This document shows, piece after piece, positions 53,364-64,000 of a stretch of 64,000 nt of DNA (position 1 is its first letter; each line of letters begins with the position of its first letter). The stretch lies in the NCBI GenBank assembly GCA_963813715.1, contig CAWFAK010000007.1:1-64000 (forward strand), in the 5' to 3' direction. The notes beneath the pieces are model-generated. The model searched no databases, was not told where the DNA came from, and saw only the letters and a program-made list of their open reading frames with translations. This DNA is from an uncultured Planctomycetaceae bacterium. Its GTDB lineage: Bacteria; Planctomycetota; Planctomycetia; Planctomycetales; Planctomycetaceae. A program made the translations under genes and the position numbers.

Positions 53364-54945
53364 ATGCTGCCGCTCAGCCTGTTTGGTCGACTGAAGCCCT
53401 GTTTTCGCCGGGGATCCGTCGGTCGTTCGACTGTTGCTGGAACGGCCGCCGTCGTCCTGTGCGGCTTGTTCGCGTCTGCGGCGCGGGCCGATGATCCGTC
53501 GGGAATCGGCGGCGGCCGCTTCGCTCGAGCACACGCTGATCGACGTGATTCGTCGCGTCGAGCCGTCGGTCGTCAGCATCGCCCGCGTCCGTCCGAACTC
53601 CGGCGTCGGCCGCTTCAACGCCTTCGATATCGATCCGGAAAATCGCCAGGAAATCGATCGGCCGGAGAATCCCGACTTCGTCCCGAACGAATTCGGCGCC
53701 GGCGTGATCATCACGCCTCCCAGCGGCGGCGGCCAGCGTTACATCCTCACCAATTATCATGTCGTCCACGGCGGCCCGAGCGCCAAGGCCGGCGACAGCC
53801 AGATCTACGTCCGCTTTGCCGATCGCCGCGGTTACTATGCGCAAATTCTCGCCGGCGACCCGCGGAGCGATCTGGCCGTGCTGGCCATCGATTACAACGG
53901 CGCTGGGACTGAAGCCGGCGCGACCTCAAGCCGGTGACGCTCCGCTCCGAAACGTCGCCCCTCACCAAGGGGCAGCTCGTGATCGGCTTGGGCAATCCGT
54001 ACGCCATCGCCCGCGACGGATCGGCCACCGCCAGCTGGGGCATGATCAGCAACGTATCGCGGCGTCCCGCCCCCTCGCGGCAGCGCGAATTCGGCATGCC
54101 CCAGGCCGACAGCAGCATTCACCAGTTCGGCACCCTCTTGCAGGTCGACACGCGGATGGAGCTGGGGACGAGCGGCGGAGCCCTGGTCAATTTCCGCGGC
54201 GAGCTGATCGGGGTCACCACGTCGCTGGCCGCGCTCGAGGGTTACGAACGGTCGGTCGGCTTTGCCATTCCCATCGACGAATTCACTCGCCGCGTGATCG
54301 AAACGCTGTGCCACGGCTACGAGGTGGAGTACGGATTTCTCGGCCTCACGCTCAAAACCATGCTGCCCGAGCAGCTCCGCCGCCGCTACGGCGAACTTCA
54401 AGCAGGCCTCGGCTGTCGAAGTCAAGATGATCGTGCCCAACTCGCCCGCGGCCATCGCCCAGGTGCGGCAGGAAGACCTGATCCTCGATATCGAGGGGCA
54501 TCCCCTGCTCGACCAGTTCGACCTGATGCGCTACGTGGCCCTTTACGGTCCGGACACGACCGTGCGAATGCGGATCTGGCGGCCGGGCGAGGCCAGCGAG
54601 TTGACTCTCGCCGCCAAACTCGGAAAATGGCCCGTCTCGGAGGAGGACGCGATCATCGCGACGGCCCGGCGCTACCCGCCGTGGCGCGGGTTGATCGTCG
54701 ATTATCCGACGGGGCGCTACAAATATGTCGGCTGGCCGTTTCAGTTCCGCGATGCGGTCGTCGTCGCGTCGGTGGCGTCCCGCAGTCCGGCGCAGGCGGC
54801 CGGGCTGGCCGAGGGAGACTTCATTTACAGCGTGAACGGCGTCCCCGTTCGCACGCCGGGCGAGTTTCAGGAGGCCGTCCGCGGAGCCGACGGGCCGGTC
54901 ACCCTCGAACTGGGCGACCATCGCAAAGTGACTGTGCAGAGATAA
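53364..54945 (+). CDS. HtrA/DegP-like trypsin serine protease with PDZ domains (frameshifted)
   Basis: TNYHVV, SDLAVL, LGNPY and GTSGGAL motifs; two PDZ-like segments. Confidence 0.85.
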
Positions 54946-55090
54946 AGACTGTGCAGAAATGACGGTCCGGAAGTGACCGCTTCCCCGCCAAATCACGACC
55001 GAAGCACGAACAGAACACGGCCCAAGCACGCCGAGCGACTCACCGGCGATCCATCGGACGGACCGACCGACACCAGTCAGAGGAAGGCTG

Positions 55091-57722
<2,632 letters not shown>

Positions 57723-57750
57723 ATGACGTCTGCGACAGCCGGAGGGGGGA

Positions 57751-57905
57751 TTTTCACCACAAAGACACGAAGGAATTTTTGAACAGGAGGTAACGGAGGA
57801 AACAGAGAAAATCAAAAGGTGCGATCCTCGTCTTCTCTGTTTCCTCCGTTACCTCCTGTTCAACGTATTGTTTTTCTTGTTGTCTTTGTGCCTCGGAGTG
57901 GAAAA
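57751..57905. repeat. nested inverted repeats (perfect 31-bp inner IR inside a degenerate outer IR)
   Basis: 57779-57809 is the exact reverse complement of 57833-57863; outer arms share CACAAAGACA. Confidence 0.85.
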
Positions 57906-57925
57906 CACCCGCTTGTTGCGCCCGC

Positions 57926-58955
57926 CTATGTCAGCCCGCGGCGGCGGAGCTCGGCGACCACCGTCTGCACGATGACATTCACTTGTCGCGGGGTCGAAGC
58001 CGTTCGGGCCGCTGCCGGCGGGGCAGCCGCCGACTGGTTCGTTCGTGAAGCCGTGCTCGGCCAGTAGGCACTGCAGCGTTTTGCTCAACGTCGTCAGGTC
58101 GGTTTGCTGCTCGGGCGAGAGGGGCTGACGGCCGGTGCCCATCTGGAAGCCGCGGAGCTCGACGGCCGCGCGGAAGCCTTCGGGGAACTCGGCCGAATAG
58201 ATCATCGTGTCGAAGAGCGTGATCAGGTCGTATTGAATCTTGCGGGCCGCATCGAGCTGGCCGGCGAGCGTGAGGTCGTAGAGCCGCCGCGTCAGTTCGG
58301 GGACGACGCCGGAGCTGGCATTCGTACCGCCGTCGCAGCCGACCAAGAGCATCGGCATCAGCGCCGCGTCCCAGCCGGTGAGGAACGCGAAGTCGGGCCG
58401 GTTCGGCCGCACGGACTTGATCATGCGGATCATGTGCGGGATGTCGCCGGACGAATCCTTGATCGCGACGATCCGTTCGCACTCGTCGGCCAGCCGCTGC
58501 ACGGTGTCGACGTCGATCGGGCTGGCGAACATCGGGATGTTGTAGAGCGTCACGTCGACCGGCGTGTTGCGGCCGATCTCCTTGAAGTACGCGTAAACGG
58601 CAGCCGGGCTCAGCTTGTAATAAAACGGCGCGACGATCGCGACGGCCCGCACGCCCAGCCGCGCGTAGTGCTCGCACGCCGCCAGCGTTTCCTTGACGTT
58701 CGCTTCGGCGGCGCCGGCCAGAATCGGCACGCGGCCCCGCGCCTGATCGACGATGATCTCGGTGATTCGCCGCCGCTCGTCGGCCCGGAAGCGGGTGAAT
58801 TCGCCCGTCGAGCCGTTGGGATAAAGGCCGTGGACGCCGCGATCGATCAGCCAGTCGATGTAACGCCGCAGTTCCGTTTCCTGAATTTCGCCGGCGTCAT
58901 CGAGGGGGACGAGGTTCGGCGTAAAAATCCCCCGCAGCCGTTCAGATTGTGCCAT
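57926..58955 (-). CDS. dihydrodipicolinate synthase family protein (C-terminal frameshift)
   Basis: NGSTGEF, LYNIP and AIKDSSGD motifs; TATAAT at 59002-59007 upstream. Confidence 0.9.
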
Positions 58956-59175
58956 CGCGGACCGTCTCTCCCCGAGTTCGTGCGTCAAAAGCGTGTGTCG
59001 TATTATACAACCCAAACACCCCGCCCTGCCCGGCGGCGGCGGTCAAGCGAGGTCGGCGGGGAACGGCCGCCCGCAGTTCCTGAGAGAATTGAGCGTTGCA
59101 CCAACGGGCGGCTGTCGCGCGCGATCGGCAGATTGAGCACATTCGGAGCGACGAGATCGCGGGGGGCCGGGCGAC

Positions 59176-61318
59176 TCAGGCCTTCGCAGCGCCGGCGGCG
59201 GCCGGCTGACGTGCGTCGGCCGGACGACCCGGGGCCTTGCCGTCGGCCGGCTCGCCGGCGTCCGCCTTCTTCTCGGTGGGCGGCAGGCGCGGCAGCGGTC
59301 GCAGCGGTTCCTTCCGTCACGACTGGGCGGCCGCCGAACTGCAGCAGCAGGATCAGCACGAGCGTCGCCACGGGCAAGAGAGCGACGGGCGAATAGCCGT
59401 AAGCGACGGGAGCATAACCGAACAGCACGACTACGCCGCCCACGCAGAGCGCGTAAGGCAACTGCGTGAAGACGTGGTCCAGGTGGCTGCAGGAGGACGA
59501 CGCCGAGGCGAAGATCGTCGTGTCGGAAATCGGCGAGCAGTGGCGGCCGAAAACGGTGCCGCCGATCACCGCGCCGATCGTCGCCAGGAAGAGCGGGTGC
59601 GTCGCGTCGGGCTCGTTGAGATCGACCAGGAGCGCGTGCGTCACGGAAAGATACGTCGGGAAGCGCCATCGCCAGCGCTGCCCAGGTGCTGCCGAGCACG
59701 GCCGTCATCAAGCCGACGGTGACGAACGCCACCAGCGGCAGCCACTCGAGCGTCACCCGCGGCTGGCCGATCTCCGCGAGGAAGCCGGCCGTGTTCAAGT
59801 GATCGGCGTCGCACACGCGTTGAAACGACCACGAGAGAACTAGAATCAGCGCGGCCGGCACCATCCGCTGCAAGCCCGAGACCCACGCGCTCAATCCCTG
59901 TTGCAAACTCAGCGAGCGCGACCAAACGGCCAGTGCCACGGCGGCGACCGACGCGATGAACGCGGAAAAGAGCATCACCCGCGACGGGTTCGCGTGTTCG
60001 AGCGCGTCGAGCAGCCCGGGCTCGCCGGCCTGGTCGCCAACGAGGGTCAAGAGTTCGCTTCGCCCCGTCCACCACAGGCCGACGGCCGCCAGAGCGAACA
60101 ACAGGGCCAGCGGGATGACGGCATTGCGGGCGCAGCTTGATGCCGCTGGGCGGATCAGGCTCGACGGGCGGCAGCACGGCCGGGTCCGAGAGGTCGGGCC
60201 GGCTGAGGTGGCCCTGCGTTGCCGCCCGCCCTTCCGCGCGGAGCATCGGTCCGAAGTCGTGCCCCAAAAAGATGACGAGGGCCGCGAAGGTCAGCATCAA
60301 AATCGGGTAGAAGCAGTAGGGCAGGCTGGCCAATAGCGTCGCCGTCGGGCTGCCGGCAATTCCCAAGTCCTCGAAGACCACGCGGAGCGTGCCGCGCTCG
60401 GCCGCGATCCACGTGGAGACGACGGCCAATGCCGCGACCGGCGCGGCCGTCGTGTCGACGAGGAACGCGAACTTCTCCCGCGAGATCTTGAGGCGATCGG
60501 AGAGGGGCCGCAGCGTTTTGCCGACAATCAGCGCGTGGGCGTAGTCGTCGAGGAACATGAAGATGCCGAACAGCAGCATCGCCAGCTGGCCCCGCTCGCG
60601 GGTGTTTGCGCGGAGTGCCAGGCGGTCAGTCAGTGCCGAGAGCCCGCCGCCGGCCGTCAGCACCGCGAACAGCGAGCCAAAAAAGAGCATCACCGCCAGG
60701 ATCGACAGGTGCGCCCCGCCGAGTGTGCCCGGCTGTTCGCCGTCGAAACTGACGAACGAGTCGATCGTCTGCACGAAGGCGTGGAACAGGTTGCCGCCGT
60801 CCAGAATGGCCAGCCCGCTCCAGATGGCCACGAACATCGCCAGCACGAAATTCCGCGGCCAGAGGCAAAGCACCAACGCGACCGCGGCCGGCACCAGCGC
60901 CAGCCAGCGAAACGTACGCGGCACCGAGACGCTGGCCGACTTGCGGTCGCCACCGTCGACGACGATCTCCGGCGCCGAGATATAAATCTTGCGGCCTTCG
61001 TGCTGGTCGGTCGTCAGCTCGAGCACGCCGTTGTGAAACGGTCCGAGCTTGGCGTCGTCACTTTGCGGCAGCGCCAGGCGGATCCCCGAGATCAGCGGCT
61101 GCTCGTTGTACGACAGGTCCGGCTTGCCGGCCGCGTCGTAGGCTCGGATCACGATCCGCCGCACGGGCACGTCGGTGAGCACGATCGGCGGAACTTCGAT
61201 CGAGAACCGCGGATGCTCGACGAGTTTTTCTTCCGCTGGCGCGGTCGCCGCTCATGGCGCTGCCGGGTGCGGCTAGCAGCACCGCCAGCAGGAACGCGAT
61301 CGCACGTCCGTTGAGCAT
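59176..61318 (-). CDS. Na+/H+ antiporter NhaC family protein (frameshifted; ends approximate)
   Basis: FLDDYA, KISREKFAFLVDTTAAP, HCSPISDTT and HVFTQLPYAL motifs. Confidence 0.85.
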
Positions 61319-61324
61319 CGGCAA

Positions 61325-62223
61325 CTATCCGTTCGCACAATCGGTGGCGGAGCCGGGCCGGCGTTCGCTCGCGTCATTTGCCGCCGGCATCACTACATCC
61401 GGCGTCACTTCACTCGGCACCAGCGGCGCGGGCCAATAGACGTCAAAGGTCGAGCCGGACCCCGCCGTCGTCGCGACGTCGATCCAGCCGCCATGACCGG
61501 TGACGATCCGCCAACACTTGCACAGTCCGAATCCCAGCCCCCGCCCGGCCGCGCGGCCTGAATAAAACGGATCGAAGAGATGCGCCCGGTCCAGTTCTGA
61601 AAGTCCGCTGCCGTTGTCGGCCACGCTCGTCACGGCGTAGGGCTGGCCGTCGACGTTGGCTGCGGCGACGCTGACCTGAATCGTGCCGGCCGCGGGTCCG
61701 ACCGACATCGAGGGCATTTCGCACGAGCTCGCTCACCACGATCGCTAACTGCGTCGGATCGATGCTGGCAAAGACCGCCGACTCGGCGCGGAACGTCAGG
61801 CGACAGGCCCGCTCGCGGGCCGCGTCCTGAAAGCGGTCGACGACCGCGGAGACGGCGTCGTTAACGAGCAGCCGCTCGGGGACCGGCGCCGGCGGCCGTG
61901 CGAAGACCATCAGGTCGCCGATCATGTCGCGGATGCGAAATGCCTGCGCGGCGATCGTCGCCAGGCTCTGCCGCCGACCGGGATCGGTCTCGTGCTTGAG
62001 CAGCGCCTGCGCGCGGCCGACGATCGTCGCCAGCGGATTGTTGATTTCGTGCCCGGCGCCTGCCGCAAACTCGGCGAGCGCCGCCAGCTTGGCATCCTCG
62101 AGAGCGCGCGCCGAAGTGGCCTCACCCGGCCCGATCGCGAAGGGAATGGGACGCGGGTTGGCAACCGAGCCGCGGGTCTGCCGAAAGGGCGACGACCGCC
62201 GCAGTGGGCGCTGCTGCCTCCAC
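61325..62223 (-). CDS. sensor histidine kinase, HisKA/HATPase (frameshifted)
   Basis: AGHEINNPL, ELVRNA, DNGSG, FDPFYS and GLGFGL motifs; AAGGAGG + GTG at 62223. Confidence 0.85.
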
Positions 62224-62259
62224 GAGGGGCCTCCTTGCCTGCCCCGGACGCCTGTCTTA

Positions 62260-62300
62260 CCCCCTCTCCCATTCCGATGGGAGAGGGCCGGGGTGAGGGC
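62260..62300 (-). repeat. DUF559-associated repeat downstream of the endonuclease
   Basis: Identical (reverse complement) to 13148-13188. Confidence 0.9.
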
Positions 62301-62321
62301 TCTTTTCGCGCCCTCACTCAG

Positions 62322-62676
62322 CTACTCGGCAATGCCGCAAACCCGCAGCACCGCTACGACGATGGCGTCCAAGTCCTTGATCACATCGTCGTTGCCAAAG
62401 CGGAGGACTCGATAGCCGGCGTTCTCGATGTGCTGTTGACGCTCGCGATCGTAATCCGCGCCGCCCGATATGGCTGTCGCCGTCGAGCTCGATCACCAAC
62501 TGATGGTCCAAACAGACGAAGTCGACAATGTACGGCCCGATCGCGTGCTGCCGCCGCACCTTGAGTTTTGCGGTGCGGCGCGACCTCAACGCCGACCAGA
62601 GCCGCCGCTCAGGAATCGTGAGGTCTCGTCGCAGCCGGCGGCACGTCTCGGTTTGTTGCGGACGCCGCTGTGACAC
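62322..62676 (-). CDS. DUF559 / Vsr-like endonuclease domain protein (frameshift ~62465)
   Basis: LRR..T.PERRLW..LR, RRQHAIGPYIVDF, VIELDGDSH and GYRVLRF.N motifs. Confidence 0.9.
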
Positions 62677-62683
62677 GGGAACA

Positions 62684-62723
62684 CCCCTCACCCTGCCCTC
62701 TCCCCATCGGAATGGGGCGAGGG
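62684..62723 (+). repeat. DUF559-associated repeat upstream of the endonuclease
   Basis: cccctcaccctgccctctccccatcggaatggggcgaggg. Confidence 0.85.
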
Positions 62724-62793
62724 TGTGCAGTGACGCCCGCTTTCAACACGCCGACGCGAGCTTTCGAATCCCCACGTCAGTCAGGTCAAGAAA

Positions 62794-63378
62794 CTAACGG
62801 GCCGTCTGGGCCGGTTCCATGTCGAGCAAGTGGCACATCCGTTCGACGAGTTTTTCCACCTCGAACGGCTTCTGCAGAAAGTCGTTGGCTCCCGACGCCC
62901 GCAGTTCGGTGATCTTGTCCGGCTCGACCATGCCGCTGATGCAAATGATTTTGACGTCGTCCAAAGCCGAGTCGCTGCGGACCCGCTGGCAGACTTCTTT
63001 GCCGTTGATATCGGGGAGCATCACGTCCAGGACGATGACGTCCGGATGGTACTCCTTGACCATCATGCCGGCGTCGAACCCGTTGTTGGCCACGCGAACC
63101 TCGAAGCGGCCGTCCGATTCGAGCACGTCGCGGATCAACTCCACCAGTTCCTCGTCGTCGTCGACGATCAGGCCCTTGCGCTTGCCACTTTCCAGGGCGT
63201 CGGTCGGGATGCTGTTTTCCTTCATGAACTTATAGAGAACATCCCGAGGGATACGGCGAAATCGTGAGCCAGGGACGCGGAAGCCTTTGAGCTGTCCGGA
63301 GTCGAAACAGCGAATGATCGTCTGCTGGCTAACCTTGCAGATCTTCGCTGCTTCGCCCGTCGTAAAGACCGTTTTCAT
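62794..63378 (-). CDS. response regulator with N-terminal excisionase/MerR-like HTH
   Basis: FTTGEAAKICKVSQQTIIR followed by a receiver domain (IVDDD, LDVMLP, KPF). Confidence 0.92.
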   Translation of the reverse strand: MKTVFTTGEAAKICKVSQQTIIRCFDSGQLKGFRVPGSRFRRIPRDVLYKFMKENSIPTDALESGKRKGLIVDDDEELVELIRDVLESDGRFEVRVANNGFDAGMMVKEYHPDVIVLDVMLPDINGKEVCQRVRSDSALDDVKIICISGMVEPDKITELRASGANDFLQKPFEVEKLVERMCHLLDMEPAQTAR

Positions 63379-63815
63379 AACGCTCGTCCCATTCCTTCGA
63401 TTCTGAGCAGTGTGTCGTGAACGGAGACCCGCCGCGGGTCTCGGAAATCCCTCGACAAGAGGGGCTCCTCCCTGGTGGCGCAAGCTCATCCGCGCCGCGC
63501 CACTCCTTTGATCGCTCACATCCTTCCGGAAAATCGGCCCTCACGAGAGTTAGATTGGGAAGCAGACTCCTCCAGTGAACTTGAACCGACCGGGGGGGCC
63601 GGCTGCTCCGCTCGCCCAGAACTGGACTGAGCACGAGCAACTCCGTTCACACGCTTGCTTAATTGATATTCTTTAGCGCGTCAAGACAACTTGCCAGCCT
63701 TATCAGAGACCCCGTTGATGGCCAATCTGTGAAGTCGTTGCGGTAAGTTGGGATCACGACCGATCTTGGGATGTCTCACAGTATATCAAGGTCCGAGCAT
63801 GTGTGGCGCCAAGGT

Positions 63816-64000
63816 TCACTCGGCACGTAGTGAAACCAAGCGATCCGGCTCCTTTAGGTAGAGGGCCAGGACCGCCAAATCGGCCGGCGTGATGCCGCTG
63901 ATCCTACCCGCTTGACCCAGGTTTCCGGGTCTCACTCGGGTGAACTTTTCCTTGGCCTCCGCCCGCAGTTGGGGCAAGGCCACGTAGTCGAACGTGGGAG
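63816..64000 (-). CDS. mnmG: tRNA modification enzyme MnmG, C-terminal fragment (absent from the ORF track)
   Basis: Manual translation [38 protein letters not shown]. Confidence 0.88.
   Translation of the reverse strand, partial: PTFDYVALPQLRAEAKEKFTRVRPGNLGQAGRISGITPADLAVLALYLKEPDRLVSLRAE

Noticed and set aside
63379..63815. Riboswitch or sRNA in the long leader of the response regulator
   Set aside because: No recognisable conserved motif by eye; would need an Rfam scan.

Overview
GC-rich bacterial chromosomal segment, most likely a planctomycete (inferred from tandem BlaI/M56 genes, several Ser/Thr kinases, ECF sigma/anti-sigma, sulfatase and a multiheme cytochrome). It carries housekeeping genes (moaC, guaB, rsmA, riboflavin synthase, proS, recA, alaS, 3' end of mnmG). 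Many genes, including essential ones, are split by 1-nt indels, often at homopolymers; this points to long-read assembly error rather than pseudogenes. The most striking locus is at about 21.1-24.9 kb. It holds a retron-type reverse transcriptase with a ~120-aa N-terminal extension. Directly upstream is a recognisable msr-msd RNA (16-bp a1/a2 stem, adjacent AG branch site, two msr stems, an msd hairpin, and a candidate promoter of its own). No recognisable effector gene is present. The retron lies in a dense array of REP-like palindromes next to a co-oriented RAYT (HUH) transposase and a YccA/Bax-inhibitor-1 gene. A second notable element is an IS1111-type IS110 inserted into a REP. Its 3' non-coding region contains segments matching both junctions (putative bridge RNA), and its recombinase has a D-to-N change in the DEDD tetrad. 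Several independent palindromic repeat families also occur: DUF559-associated (one copy inside rsmA), GAATGAC/GAAGCAC hairpins, and nested inverted repeats after alaS.
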